Part shown: piece after piece, positions 19,980-30,840 of the stretch
How positions within the stretch are numbered: the stretch's first letter is position 1
Layout: every line of letters starts with the position of its first letter
Assembly: GCA_964421045.1 (NCBI GenBank)
Contig: CAYQVF010000011.1
Location: 1,551-65,550, forward strand
From: an uncultured Chromatiaceae bacterium
Lineage (GTDB): Bacteria; Pseudomonadota; Gammaproteobacteria; JAADHS01
Length of the DNA: 64,000 bases
Direction of reading: 5' to 3'
Translations under genes and position numbers: made by a program
The notes under the pieces: generated by a model
Database searches by the model: none
Seen by the model: the letters and a program-made list of their open reading frames with translations, nothing else
What the model was told of the DNA's origin: nothing

Positions 19980-21917
19980 TCACATAAAGGACTTTTCGGG
20001 TTTTGCAGACGTTCGGTTTGCCTCGTTGTTCTTTGCTGTGAGGGTCAGATCATATATTTGTGCAATTGTGTATTGAGCCTGTTCTTTATAATGCGTAAGA
20101 CGTTGTATCTGTTTATTTAATTGTACTGTTGCTGCTGATTCTATTTGTGTTCTTTGAGCCGCCATAATTTTTCCCGACTCGGTTTCCATACGGTTAACTC
20201 GTTTTCTGAGTTCAGAGATTCGATTTTGATAGTGTTCGAATAGCTCAGGTTCTCGCTGTTGTGCTTTGTCTAATTTTGTTCGAAGGGAAGTCGCCTCCTC
20301 TATTTCAAATGCTAATGCTTGTAAATTTTTTTTGCTGTCATGCAATCGGGGTTTGTAATTATTTGCTATTTTCCAATAAAGAAGACCTTGCGTACGCCGC
20401 GCTCTTTCTTGGTAATTTTGCATTTTTTCTGGCGAAAGAAGGGCGCCGATTTTTGCAAGTCGAGAATTAACTTCAGTATTACGTTTAAGTGATTTTGCTT
20501 CCTCTGTTGTTTTAAGTGCCAAGAGGTCGTTCTTGTTTTCTATACGTTGTAGCTCCTTAGCTAGAGTGTTATAACGAATATTCATTTCAGCTATGCCGAG
20601 TGATTTGTATTTTTTCAAAGTGAGAGGTAGTTTATTGTTATAACCATGGCGACGGGTATTCAACATGATGGAAAAAGCTGAGATGCTATTTTTCCATGTC
20701 TTAAATTGTTGATTAATATATTCGAGATCGCGATAGCTTTTTAGTGCTTCTATAAATTCATGGCTAGATATTAATTTGGCGATGGCATGTCTTTTTAGTG
20801 CTTTAGGTAGATTATCAGGATTCCATTGCCATGGCGTTTCATTAAATTCTATTTTATCGAGTAGGATTTTATTCATGAGATGATTAGATTTAATGTCAAT
20901 AATAGTGTGTTGCAGTAGCGTTATATCAGAATCTATCGTGTTTATGGCTTTATTTAAATACATGAGCGCTTGAGCATACTTTTTTTCTGTAATGTAAGCT
21001 TTTGCAATAGCCAGGCTAGACTCGAGAACGGCTGCGCCATGAATATTTCTGTTGTTGAGTTCTTTCCAGGTAGTAATAGCTTTGGTAGGTTGTTTTTCAA
21101 TGAACCAGGCTTGACCTAAACCAAAAAGTGCTTGGTTGGAATAAGGGCCGTGAAGATGAACCTGTTCAAAATAACGACGCGCAGATGCAGTTTGCTGGTG
21201 ATCTAGAGCGGTATATCCCAACGCAATGTTCGCCCTGTCACGTAACGCGGCAGCCTCTGGATGTAAATATTTTTTGTTCGTTGTGATCGCTTCGATTACT
21301 TCTATGCCTTGTTTTGTTTGCTGAAGTTTGATGAGTGCAACCCCAAGATTAAAGCGGGCATAGTGAATCCAAATCGTTTCTTTTTCTTTGATATTACGCA
21401 ATAGCTCAACCGCTTTTTCATATTTATTTTGAGCGAGAAAGATATTAGCATTTAATATAATTTTTCTTGCCTCAAAGGTGGAAGGCAAGGTTTGTTTGAT
21501 GCGGTTCAATGCCGCATGTGCATTGTTGTATTCACCGCGACGATAAAATATTTCAGATAAATAGAGCCAGGCCTTATCTCTGAGGGCGGGGTGGCCATTG
21601 TTGTCTGCGACTATAATAAATAATTTTTTTGCATCGTCATAGAGCCCATATGCTAGATAAAGTGCTCCCAAAAGCAAGTTCCCGTCATATTTTTCAGGAT
21701 GATACCGCTCCGTTTTTTCGAAAAATGATGATTTGGATATTGCGGATAAATATTTTTTTTGTAAAAAATAATAAAGTACGTTGCTGTGATGGATGTCGCT
21801 GGTGCGAGAGGACATTGTTGAGCCATCATCACTCCGAACTGAAAGAGGTATGAACAATGATATTATCAAAAATAAAATCAAGTTTATTTTTTGACGTTTT
21901 ATTCTGTATTTTACCAT
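19980..21917 (-). CDS. Secreted TPR-repeat protein with a long C-terminal coiled-coil region
   Basis: 645 aa with an N-terminal signal/anchor (INLILFLIISLFIPLSVRS). There are about 300 aa of TPR-like A/Y/L-patterned repeats, followed by a heptad-rich K/E/Q/R region. Its start overlaps the upstream gene stop (ATGGTAA). Confidence 0.7.
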   Translation of the reverse strand: MVKYRIKRQKINLILFLIISLFIPLSVRSDDGSTMSSRTSDIHHSNVLYYFLQKKYLSAISKSSFFEKTERYHPEKYDGNLLLGALYLAYGLYDDAKKLFIIVADNNGHPALRDKAWLYLSEIFYRRGEYNNAHAALNRIKQTLPSTFEARKIILNANIFLAQNKYEKAVELLRNIKEKETIWIHYARFNLGVALIKLQQTKQGIEVIEAITTNKKYLHPEAAALRDRANIALGYTALDHQQTASARRYFEQVHLHGPYSNQALFGLGQAWFIEKQPTKAITTWKELNNRNIHGAAVLESSLAIAKAYITEKKYAQALMYLNKAINTIDSDITLLQHTIIDIKSNHLMNKILLDKIEFNETPWQWNPDNLPKALKRHAIAKLISSHEFIEALKSYRDLEYINQQFKTWKNSISAFSIMLNTRRHGYNNKLPLTLKKYKSLGIAEMNIRYNTLAKELQRIENKNDLLALKTTEEAKSLKRNTEVNSRLAKIGALLSPEKMQNYQERARRTQGLLYWKIANNYKPRLHDSKKNLQALAFEIEEATSLRTKLDKAQQREPELFEHYQNRISELRKRVNRMETESGKIMAAQRTQIESAATVQLNKQIQRLTHYKEQAQYTIAQIYDLTLTAKNNEANRTSAKPEKSFM

Positions 21918-22453
21918 TCGTTAATAACAAACTCAGGTTGCTGTTTAAGGGCGTTACCTTGAATTGTTAGTTCAATGTATTTAATATCATCCGTTTTCGT
22001 TATTTCGAATGTGGCACCGCGTCGATACTCTCGGCCATGGGGACCTTTTCCGGTAAAAAATGCGATCAACTCGTTTTTTCCTGAACGAATATTGCCGCTA
22101 AATAATTGTTGAACGCCTCCTCGATGTAGTGCATCAAGTTCTCTGTCGGTATAAAGATACTGTGCTACTGTTTTATTATTCATTTTAAGTTCGACAGAAT
22201 CTAATGAAAATAAGTTATCTGTTTTGAGTGAAACAAAAACAATGATTTGAGTGTTTGCTGGAAATAGCAGTTCTTCTTCAAGAATAAAAAGATCTCGATT
22301 GAGTTTCAATACTTCTTTTTTTAGGTTTTGAATTTGTTCGTTAATTATTTTATTTTCAAGTTCTGTAGAATAGCTTAATGGAGGAAAAAAAAAGCATATT
22401 AACAAAGAAAAAACGAAAAGAGGATAGAGTAAATTGTTAAAAAATTTGAGCAT
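21911..22453 (-). CDS. Small secreted/anchored hypothetical protein (short coiled coil plus beta domain)
   Basis: I prefer the start at 22453 (MLKFFNNLLYPLFVFSLLICFFFPPLSYS signal-like) over the track start at 22528. No family recognised. Confidence 0.55.
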   Translation of the reverse strand: MLKFFNNLLYPLFVFSLLICFFFPPLSYSTELENKIINEQIQNLKKEVLKLNRDLFILEEELLFPANTQIIVFVSLKTDNLFSLDSVELKMNNKTVAQYLYTDRELDALHRGGVQQLFSGNIRSGKNELIAFFTGKGPHGREYRRGATFEITKTDDIKYIELTIQGNALKQQPEFVINEW

Positions 22454-22630
22454 TCCTGAGCTATCCCGGGTTGGAAATATTGTTAATGATATCGGTTTAA
22501 AAATTTGAATTATTAGGGGGAAGGTCACATTTTTAATGATCCACAGTAACAGGGCTAAGACTTAAGATAGATTTATGGTGGTAAAGAAAGGGTAAATCTC
22601 TTGCCGTCATTGTGTGTTTGGATCTCAGGT

Positions 22631-23743
22631 TTATTTGAGTAATTCCTCTAGCTCTTCCTCCTGAGGGGGTTCAGTTTCCATGCTTTGGTGTGTAGTTTCC
22701 TCAGTTTGTAACGACTCAATATTATTGAGTTCATCTAAAATATCATCGGCTTTATCGTTCGATGTTTGTTTTTTGACCTTGGGTGAACTTTTTTCTATAA
22801 GTACACTTTTGTTTTCATCTGCGACTTCTTCGATTAAGGCGTCAATATCAACTTCTTCTGGTTTTTTTTCAGTGGCTTCGATTTCCGCGTCTAATATAGC
22901 GTCGATATCGTCTTCGATGGCAAGACTGGTTGGTTGGGATTCGTTCTGTTTTGTGGTGATATTCTCTTCTTCGGGCATTGTTGGTTGATCAACAGGCCGA
23001 TCTTTCTGAGCCTGAATATGATTAGGGTCAACGTCTTCTGTGGCTTTGGGTGAAATTTCTTGTTCCTCTAATAGAGGTTCATTATTTTTATCTATCTCTT
23101 CTTTTTTAAGTGAATTTTCATTTTTTTCATCGACATCTTTTACAGTTTCTGATGTTGTTAAATCAGCTATGCTCTCTTCAGAGGTATTACTTTGGGTTTC
23201 CTGTTTATTTAGTGTTGGGCTCTCAATGGTGGTTTCGTCGATGGTGATGGGGGTGCGGGCTACCACCTTAATAAGCTGGTTTTGTTCATTTCTTATTTCT
23301 TGTACTGTCGTGTGTAGCTCTGATAAATTAAATACAATTTTTTCCAGGCCATCCCGAGTTTTTATTTTTTTATTTAAACTTGCTTTGCTTATACTGTGAG
23401 TAAGTGATTCAACATGTTTATCCAGATCAGACAGTTGGTTTAAGTCAATTTTTACCAGGGCATGAACGATATATTGATAGAATATAGTTTCGTTTTTCAT
23501 GATTTCACTGCTGATCATGAATAACTGCTCTTCATCTGGAAAGCCTTGTTCTTTTAACAAGCGGATGAGTTCTGCCTTCCTCTGTGATCCATTTTCTTTT
23601 AATTTATAGACAATATCGATGAGCGTTTTTTTACGCTTCAAATAGTGTTTTATTTGAAAAAATGACAATATGGCTGTTAATAATATAAAAACGGCTAGTG
23701 CTTCTAATAACAGGTAATATAGGCCGGAGTGTATATTAATCAT
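22631..23743 (-). CDS. Single-pass membrane protein with a long, highly acidic, low-complexity C-terminal region
   Basis: The N-terminal TM (LYYLLLEALAVFILLTAILSFF) is followed by KHYLKRKK, so the positive-inside rule places the C-terminus in the cytoplasm. The C-terminal half is E/D/T/K-rich with DIDAILD / DIDALIEE / DDILDEL motifs. The start overlaps the upstream stop (ATGATTAA). Confidence 0.6.
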   Translation of the reverse strand: MINIHSGLYYLLLEALAVFILLTAILSFFQIKHYLKRKKTLIDIVYKLKENGSQRKAELIRLLKEQGFPDEEQLFMISSEIMKNETIFYQYIVHALVKIDLNQLSDLDKHVESLTHSISKASLNKKIKTRDGLEKIVFNLSELHTTVQEIRNEQNQLIKVVARTPITIDETTIESPTLNKQETQSNTSEESIADLTTSETVKDVDEKNENSLKKEEIDKNNEPLLEEQEISPKATEDVDPNHIQAQKDRPVDQPTMPEEENITTKQNESQPTSLAIEDDIDAILDAEIEATEKKPEEVDIDALIEEVADENKSVLIEKSSPKVKKQTSNDKADDILDELNNIESLQTEETTHQSMETEPPQEEELEELLK

Positions 23744-25556
23744 AGGATAACATCCCTTTTAGCTTGTAAATCCATTTTTTGTTATAGCGACGCCAAAAAT
23801 GAAATGTAATTAGAATAAATGTGAGTAGTAAAAAGTTGATTAATACGAGTTGTACTGCTGGCGTTGTCCAAACTGAAGAGCTTGACTTTATTTCTTCGTC
23901 TCTACTAGAGCCCTTATTATTTTTTATTAGGGTATCCGGTGATGTTGTCAGATTGTCATGATCGATTAAGTCATGGTGTTTGTGCGTGACTTTTTTTCTG
24001 ATTTGAGTTGGCTGTTGTCCTACTATCATAGGGTCTAGCCAAATACTCAGAGATCTTCCTCTATAAGTGATGGTTGCAATATTTAATTCAACAATATAAG
24101 GAGAAAGTTCCGGAGTATTAGCAAGAGCAAGCTGCCATTCAAAGTTATTTTTGCGATTTAATCGAATTTCTTTTTGTTCTCCATTGGCGGTAGTAATGGA
24201 GGCCGTGATGGTTGTCGTTTCAGCATGAATTAATTTGGCATAGGGTACAACAGTAATAGTATGTTTAGAGGCATCATTAGAGAGTATATTAAAAAATTCA
24301 AAGGGCTTTGCAACGACGTTGAGCGAAGTGTTAAGCTGGCGTTGAAATAAATGACCATCAACGTCAATTTTTAAATAATATTGACCGGCTAATAACGCAT
24401 CGCTAAGCTGTACGCTATAAATACCATCGCCAGCCAGTCTGTCTCCATTGCGACCGTTGTCCATGGGAAACCATGTTTGTTCTGCATCTTGCGTACTTAA
24501 CATAGTTACTTTGATAACAACATGGTCTAGTATTTTTGGTGCGGTGATATGTCTATTTTCTTGAGTTAATCTTATAGATAAAATTTGTGCAGAATGAGGA
24601 AAAAGCTGTAATGGTACGGGGTTTATTTCAATTTGAAGGGCAGACGTGATAACCGCTCTATCCATCGGGTGAGATTGAGCATTTATTTGCCATGTTCCTT
24701 TTTCGGGTTTATCGATATGAATGATTTTGAAGTTTTTTTCTTGCAGCCAATGGACATTGTCTGGATAGTTGTATTGATTAAATTTTTCCTCTTGTGGTGG
24801 AATAAATTGAATGGGCAAGTTTTTATCTGTACCAAATAATAAGAAGCTAATTTTGTCTGTATTATTGTCTATACGAACCAGGTTGTCATGAAAAGGCAGA
24901 TAGTTTAGTTGTAGTGAAAAAGAGATGAGACTTAAAAACTCTTTTTCTAGTTTTTCTATATTGACAATACTCTGATAGCGGCCATTAGTCGCTGTTGTTA
25001 GAGCGTGGAGCTGGAAGTTTTTTCCCGAAGAAGTGGAGCCTAAATGTATAGTGGAAATACTTATATTATTTTCTTGAAATTTTTTGATTAGCGGCGAAAT
25101 GCTATTGTATTCCTCATTTGTTAAAATCGGTACAGGTGAGTGTGCGTCAAATATAATAAAAATATGGCGAACTGTTTTCTGTTGCTGTGCTTGCTTGCTG
25201 ATGGATGAAAAAAGATCGAATAAACTTTTTTTGTCTGGAGCAGGAAATAGGTTTTGTTTAGAGTCGTTAATTTTTTCTGAAAAACGGCTGAGTTCAACTG
25301 AAGTTAGGGCGTGGTTTTTAGTTAAATTCCAAAAATTAATTTTTTTGTGTTGTTGGAGTATCGAGGCCAAGCTGGCGATTGAAGATTTTGTACTGTGTAG
25401 TTGAGTGTTGGTGATGATATGGAGTTCATCCAGGGAGGCAGGTCGCGTATCACTTTTTTGCGATGTTGCCTTTACGTTAGGCGCAGCGATACATAGCAGC
25501 GCGCTGAGCAGTGCCATGACTACACCCCATTGTATCGTTTTCAAACCTTTTTCCAC
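23736..25556 (-). CDS. Secreted vWA-like domain protein with Ig-like middle region and a C-terminal TM anchor
   Basis: Signal peptide present (ALLSALLCIAAPNVKA). The vWA-like block is HIFIIFDAHS...ISISTIHLGS...LTTATNGRYQSI. It also has a GDRLAGDGIYS motif, and a C-terminal TM (VQLVLINFLLLTFILITFHF) followed by WRRYNKKW. Confidence 0.65.
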   Translation of the reverse strand: MEKGLKTIQWGVVMALLSALLCIAAPNVKATSQKSDTRPASLDELHIITNTQLHSTKSSIASLASILQQHKKINFWNLTKNHALTSVELSRFSEKINDSKQNLFPAPDKKSLFDLFSSISKQAQQQKTVRHIFIIFDAHSPVPILTNEEYNSISPLIKKFQENNISISTIHLGSTSSGKNFQLHALTTATNGRYQSIVNIEKLEKEFLSLISFSLQLNYLPFHDNLVRIDNNTDKISFLLFGTDKNLPIQFIPPQEEKFNQYNYPDNVHWLQEKNFKIIHIDKPEKGTWQINAQSHPMDRAVITSALQIEINPVPLQLFPHSAQILSIRLTQENRHITAPKILDHVVIKVTMLSTQDAEQTWFPMDNGRNGDRLAGDGIYSVQLSDALLAGQYYLKIDVDGHLFQRQLNTSLNVVAKPFEFFNILSNDASKHTITVVPYAKLIHAETTTITASITTANGEQKEIRLNRKNNFEWQLALANTPELSPYIVELNIATITYRGRSLSIWLDPMIVGQQPTQIRKKVTHKHHDLIDHDNLTTSPDTLIKNNKGSSRDEEIKSSSSVWTTPAVQLVLINFLLLTFILITFHFWRRYNKKWIYKLKGMLSYD

Positions 25557-25719
25557 AATTAATCCGATTAATACTCTAGCCCTTTAATTTTTTCGGCATA
25601 GCGGGTGATTTCTTTAGTTTAGTGCGTTGTTGTGAGCAGGGCGCGGATTTTTTATGGTGGCATGGATGCAGAAAAAGTTAAAGTTATTCAGGGGGGGTAA
25701 GCAGGGAAGTGATGTGACA

Positions 25720-26787
25720 TTATTCCTGGCGTGCTGGTTCATTGATTAATGCGACCTGGGTAATGATATAAAGTGTTACTCGCCGGTTTCGAGCTTGTCC
25801 TGAGCGTGTCCAGTTTTCATCAACGGGGGTGGTTTTTCCTCTGCTGGAGATTTCTAGTAATGCGATGGGTACGCCCCGGTTGAGTAAATAATCCTTTACC
25901 GTTTGTGCGCGGCGATCAGTAAGTTGATAGCTGTTTTTGATGCTTGCAGTATGGTCGGCATGAGCTTCAATGATGACTTTTGTTGTCTGTTTCGAATTCA
26001 TAATATATTTTGCTGCTTCATCAAGCGTTGTCTTGGCGCGCCTTGTCAGCTGATCTTGGTTGTGTGGAAAATAAATGCTTTCTAATGGAATAAATTCAAA
26101 GCGGTTTTTTTCTTGATTTTTGTATTGGGTAATTGATGCATGACCCGGAGTCCGTTGGTTTTTGTCCATGTGGTATGCATAATTTGAGGAGGGGGCAGGT
26201 GAGCTTGGTTTTGTTTTTATTTTGACGAATGTTTTTTTTGTTTTTTGAGTAACATGTTTTTTATGTTTTATTTTTTCTTCATCGTCAGGCAATACAGAAC
26301 CAAAATGTTTTTTTCTCGTATTTTTAAGATGAGCATAAACTCCTTTTTCAATAAAATATTGTTTTATTGCAAACGCTTGTTTGCGATAACGTGTTTGTAA
26401 TGTTTTATCTTTTGAGTCGGCTCCAACAATATCGATGTAGAGGCGGATGACAGAGTTGCGGTTGGCGAGATAAGCAATGGTATCTTCTAATGCTTGGGTT
26501 GCGTTGGCATCAAGTAATGCTTGAGTTTTTGTGGTGACGGGGATACAGCCGAGATTAAGGGTTCCGTATTGATCCTGATGTTTAGTTTTTGCCATCAGTT
26601 TAATATAAGGTTGTTGTTCCGTTTGTTTGGTGCAGCCCAGAGCGGTGTGGGTCATAGGCGGAGGCATTACCAGTTTTGCTTCGTCGGTTTTTTTGTGCGC
26701 GCCAGGATCAGCAGCGACCCATGCTGGGCTGCTTATTATAAAGAGGCCTATGAAAAGTAAATATGTTTTTCGCTTGATTATTTGCAT
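25720..26787 (-). CDS. OmpA-like peptidoglycan-binding protein (canonical C-terminal OmpA_C, degenerate second copy upstream)
   Basis: Signal peptide present. The C-terminus reads IYFPHNQDQL...IEAHADHT...LTDRRAQTVKDYL...NRRVTLYI. An internal K-rich linker is present. Confidence 0.75.
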   Translation of the reverse strand: MQIIKRKTYLLFIGLFIISSPAWVAADPGAHKKTDEAKLVMPPPMTHTALGCTKQTEQQPYIKLMAKTKHQDQYGTLNLGCIPVTTKTQALLDANATQALEDTIAYLANRNSVIRLYIDIVGADSKDKTLQTRYRKQAFAIKQYFIEKGVYAHLKNTRKKHFGSVLPDDEEKIKHKKHVTQKTKKTFVKIKTKPSSPAPSSNYAYHMDKNQRTPGHASITQYKNQEKNRFEFIPLESIYFPHNQDQLTRRAKTTLDEAAKYIMNSKQTTKVIIEAHADHTASIKNSYQLTDRRAQTVKDYLLNRGVPIALLEISSRGKTTPVDENWTRSGQARNRRVTLYIITQVALINEPARQE

Positions 26788-26925
26788 AGCTCTTTCTTTT
26801 TATGAATGCTCAAAATCAGTATTAATGTTTTTGATCCTATCGGCATGGTAGGGAAAGGACTTTATATTGATGCTAGGGTCAAGCTGTTATATGATTCACA
26901 AAATTTTTTTTGACGGGAGAAAATT

Positions 26926-27969
26926 ATGAGTAATTTCAGTTTAGTAAAGGCTGTTGATTGGTGTGATGAGAAGCTGAGAATGTTGGATCAGCGTGTTTTG
27001 CCGGAAACGGTCGCCTATATAGAATACAGTGATGCCGCTGCCGTTGCTGAGGGTATCCGGCAAATGGTTGTTCGCGGTGCGCCTGCAATTGGTATAGCGG
27101 CTGCTTATGGGGTCGTGCTTGCGGCGCGTGCAGCTTACGCTCAGGATGCTGAAAACTGGCGTTCCAGGATTGAGCCGGATCTAAAATGCTTGGCTCAATC
27201 TCGGCCTACTGCGGTCAATCTATTTTGGGCTTTAAAAACCATGAAGGCGCGTTTTACCTCGATTACGGGTCACCCTGAATCAGAATTGTTATCTTTGGCA
27301 AAAAAAATTCATGCAGATGATATTGCGGCCAATCAGAAAATGGGTGATTTAGGAGCGGATTTGATTGGGTTGGATTCAGGTGTGCTCACTCATTGCAATG
27401 CCGGTGCGCTTGCTACCGGAGGCTATGGAACGGCGCTTGGCGTGATTCGCTCAGCCTTTGCTCAAGGTAAAATCAATCATGTTTATGCTGATGAAACAAG
27501 GCCTTGGATGCAAGGAGCGAGGCTGACGGCCTGGGAAATGGTAGAGGATCATATTCCGGTCACTTTGTTGGCAGAAGGTGCAGCAGCTTATTTGATGAAG
27601 CTCAAACGAATAAAATGGATCGTTGTCGGGGCTGATCGTGTTGCCGCGAATGGTGATGTTGCAAATAAAATAGGGACTTATAGTTTGGCTGTGTTGGCAC
27701 GCCATCACGGTGTTAAATTCATGGTCGTAGCCCCTGCTTCGACTTTGGATATGAATGCGATGAATGGAGAACAAATTCCAATTGAGGAGCGATCTGCTGA
27801 AGAATTGCATTTTAGTTATGGGCGTCGTATTGCTGCTGCGGGCGCGCAAGCTTGGAATCCGGTCTTTGATGTCACGCCTGCGGGCTTGATTGATGTCCTA
27901 GTGACGGAGCGAGGGCGAGTCGAGCAACCATCCATAGAAAAAATAAGTGTTTTGATGGGCGAAATATAA
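26926..27969 (+). CDS. mtnA: S-methyl-5-thioribose-1-phosphate isomerase
   Basis: 347 aa. Contains [39 protein letters not shown] and [10 protein letters not shown]. Confidence 0.9.
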   Translation: MSNFSLVKAVDWCDEKLRMLDQRVLPETVAYIEYSDAAAVAEGIRQMVVRGAPAIGIAAAYGVVLAARAAYAQDAENWRSRIEPDLKCLAQSRPTAVNLFWALKTMKARFTSITGHPESELLSLAKKIHADDIAANQKMGDLGADLIGLDSGVLTHCNAGALATGGYGTALGVIRSAFAQGKINHVYADETRPWMQGARLTAWEMVEDHIPVTLLAEGAAAYLMKLKRIKWIVVGADRVAANGDVANKIGTYSLAVLARHHGVKFMVVAPASTLDMNAMNGEQIPIEERSAEELHFSYGRRIAAAGAQAWNPVFDVTPAGLIDVLVTERGRVEQPSIEKISVLMGEI

Positions 27970-28097
27970 ATACGTTGAGCCGGTTCCCCGGGTCATTATG
28001 CTGACATTCTTATATAGCTGCGTATCAGTTTTTCAAATATGCTACAATTGCGCGTTTAAATTCTTTCCCATCAAACTGTGTGAGATGCGCTTGACTT

Positions 28098-30686
28098 ATG
28101 TCTGAGGCTGCAAAAGAAATTCTTCATATCAATATTGAAGATGAGATGAAAAATTCCTACATGGAATACGCCATGAGCGTCATTGTAGGGCGAGCCTTAC
28201 CCGATGTCAGGGATGGGCTAAAACCCGTTCATCGACGTGTCTTATATGCGATGAGTGAGCTGAGTAATGATTGGAACAAAGCCTATAAAAAATCGGCACG
28301 GGTGGTTGGGGATGTTATAGGTAAATACCATCCGCATGGTGATACAGCGGTGTATGACACGATTGTTCGTATGGCACAGCCATTTTCACTGCGTTATATG
28401 TTGGTTGATGGCCAGGGGAACTTTGGTTCGGTTGATGGTGATGCGCCCGCAGCAATGCGTTACACCGAAGTGCGCATGTCTCGCATTGCCCATGAATTAT
28501 TAGCCGATTTGCATAAAGAAACGGTTGATTTTTCACTTAATTACGATGAGTCTGAGCGTGAACCTAACGTTTTTCCTACGCGTGTCCCCAACTTATTGGT
28601 TAATGGCTCGGCAGGTATCGCAGTTGGTTTGGCGACTAATATTCCTCCGCATAATTTAGGTGAGGTGATCGATGCAACGCTGGCTCTAATGGATAATCCA
28701 GAAATAGAGATTTCTGGATTATTAGAGCATATTCCTGGTCCTGATTTTCCAACGGCGGGAACAATCAATGGTGCAAGCGGAATTTACCAGGCCTACCAGA
28801 CCGGGCGAGGTCGCATCTATATCAGAGCTAAAACGCATGTTGAAGATATGGGCGTCGCTGGGCGGCAGCGTTTGGTCGTGACGGAGTTACCCTACCAAGT
28901 GAATAAAGCCGTTTTACTAGAAAAAATTGCCGACCTGGTAAAAGAAAAGCGGATAGAAGGCATTAGTGAGATGCGCGATGAGTCTGATAAAGACGGTATG
29001 CGTATGGTCATTGAGCTGAAGCGCGGTGAAATGCCGGAAGTCTTGCTTAATAATTTGTATAAGCAAACCCAGATGCAAAATGTATTTGGCATTAATATGG
29101 TTGCACTCATTGACAGTCAGCCAAAACTACTGAATCTGAAAGAGATTCTAGAAGCTTTTGTGCGTCATCGACAAGAGGTGGTGACTCGTAGAACAATTTT
29201 TGAATTGCGCAAGGCTCGTTCAAGAGCGCATGAGCTGGAAGGCTTGGCCGTGGCTTTGGCTAATATTGATGAAGTTATTGCGTTAATCAAGGCCGCGCCG
29301 AACCCTTCTACAGCAAGAGAAAAATTAATGGCGCGTAGTTGGCCGCCGGGTTTGGTCACTTCGCTATTGGAGCGTACGGGCAGTGATAGTTCTCGTCCGG
29401 AGGATCTGGAGCTCCATTTCGGTTTGCTTGACGGTGAGTACCATTTGTCGGAGCGTCAGGCCAAAGCGATTTTGGAATTACGATTACACCGCTTGACGGG
29501 GCTTGAGCAAGAAAAAATTGTCAAAGAATTCGAAGAAATATTAAATATAATTCAAGAGCTCATGGTGATCATTAATAGTCATGCTCGGCTTATGGAAGTG
29601 ATTAGAGAAGAGCTGGAAGATATTCGTGATCGTTATGCAGATGAACGCCGAACCATCATTGTAACAACGCAAGAAGACCTGGAAGTTGAGGATCTCATCA
29701 CCGAAGAAGACATGGTGGTGACGCTGTCGCATGCGGGCTATGTGAAGTCTCAGCCTGTCACTGCGTATACAGCACAAAAGCGTGGAGGGCGAGGTAAAGC
29801 AGCGACTTCCATGAAAGATGAAGACTTTATTGATAAGCTGTTTGTTGCCAGTACGCACGATACCTTGTTGTGTTTTTCCAGTCGTGGCAAAGTGTACTGG
29901 AAAAAAGTTTACAGTATCCCCCAGGCCGGACGAGCTGCGCGTGGCAGACCCTTTGTGAATGTTTTACCCTTAGAAGAAGGTGAGCGGATTACCGCCGTGT
30001 TGCCCATTCGAGAATATGATACCGAAAAGTTTATATTTATGGCGACCCGTCGTGGTGTCGTGAAGAAAACGCCATTAACAGATTTTTCTCGTCCGCGAAC
30101 AAACGGCATCATAGCGCTGGATTTGCGTGACGATGATGAACTTGTTGGTGTGGATATTACCTGTGGTCAAAGTGATGTGATGCTGTTTACTGATGCAGGT
30201 AAAGCTATCCGTTTCAATGAGACAAAGGTTCGGGCCATGGGCAGAACAGCGCGTGGGGTGCGGGGGATTCGTATTCATGAAGACCATCAATTAATTTCGC
30301 TTATTATCAGTAATGGAGGTGAGGCTGTTGCTGACGATGAAAAGAACATTCTCATTGTGACCGCTAACGGTTATGGTAAACGGACTTCCGTCGATAGTTA
30401 TGCGGTTAAAGGTCGTGGTGGTCAGGGTGTGATTTCGATTCAAACTAATGATCGTAATGGCGAGGTTGTGGGTGCGAAACTGGTCAGCAGTGATAAAGAA
30501 GTGATGTTGATTTCCAATGGCGGTACTTTGGTGCGGACTCGAGTCAGTGAAATTTCTATAACAGGGCGTAATACCCAGGGGGTTCGTGTTATTGCCTTGG
30601 GCAAAGGCGAGACCCTGGTTGGCTTGGCACCCGTGGACGAGGCTGAAGAAGACATTGACGATGACGAAAAAAACGGCGTTGAGTAG
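28098..30686 (+). CDS. gyrA: DNA gyrase subunit A
   Basis: Contains [16 protein letters not shown] and [12 protein letters not shown] (QRDR), plus C-terminal beta-pinwheel repeats. 862 aa. Confidence 0.97.
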   Translation: MSEAAKEILHINIEDEMKNSYMEYAMSVIVGRALPDVRDGLKPVHRRVLYAMSELSNDWNKAYKKSARVVGDVIGKYHPHGDTAVYDTIVRMAQPFSLRYMLVDGQGNFGSVDGDAPAAMRYTEVRMSRIAHELLADLHKETVDFSLNYDESEREPNVFPTRVPNLLVNGSAGIAVGLATNIPPHNLGEVIDATLALMDNPEIEISGLLEHIPGPDFPTAGTINGASGIYQAYQTGRGRIYIRAKTHVEDMGVAGRQRLVVTELPYQVNKAVLLEKIADLVKEKRIEGISEMRDESDKDGMRMVIELKRGEMPEVLLNNLYKQTQMQNVFGINMVALIDSQPKLLNLKEILEAFVRHRQEVVTRRTIFELRKARSRAHELEGLAVALANIDEVIALIKAAPNPSTAREKLMARSWPPGLVTSLLERTGSDSSRPEDLELHFGLLDGEYHLSERQAKAILELRLHRLTGLEQEKIVKEFEEILNIIQELMVIINSHARLMEVIREELEDIRDRYADERRTIIVTTQEDLEVEDLITEEDMVVTLSHAGYVKSQPVTAYTAQKRGGRGKAATSMKDEDFIDKLFVASTHDTLLCFSSRGKVYWKKVYSIPQAGRAARGRPFVNVLPLEEGERITAVLPIREYDTEKFIFMATRRGVVKKTPLTDFSRPRTNGIIALDLRDDDELVGVDITCGQSDVMLFTDAGKAIRFNETKVRAMGRTARGVRGIRIHEDHQLISLIISNGGEAVADDEKNILIVTANGYGKRTSVDSYAVKGRGGQGVISIQTNDRNGEVVGAKLVSSDKEVMLISNGGTLVRTRVSEISITGRNTQGVRVIALGKGETLVGLAPVDEAEEDIDDDEKNGVE

Positions 30687-30840
30687 TGCGCGTCAAGATG
30701 TTCCCCTGGCGATTGAAGTTTAGGTATATACATACCGTCCTCTTTATTTCATGTCGTGTGAACATGAAATAGACACACAGTTAAAAACCTGAATAGCAAG
30801 TGCCACGGATGTAGATTTTGCTCAATAACCAATAGGAAAA

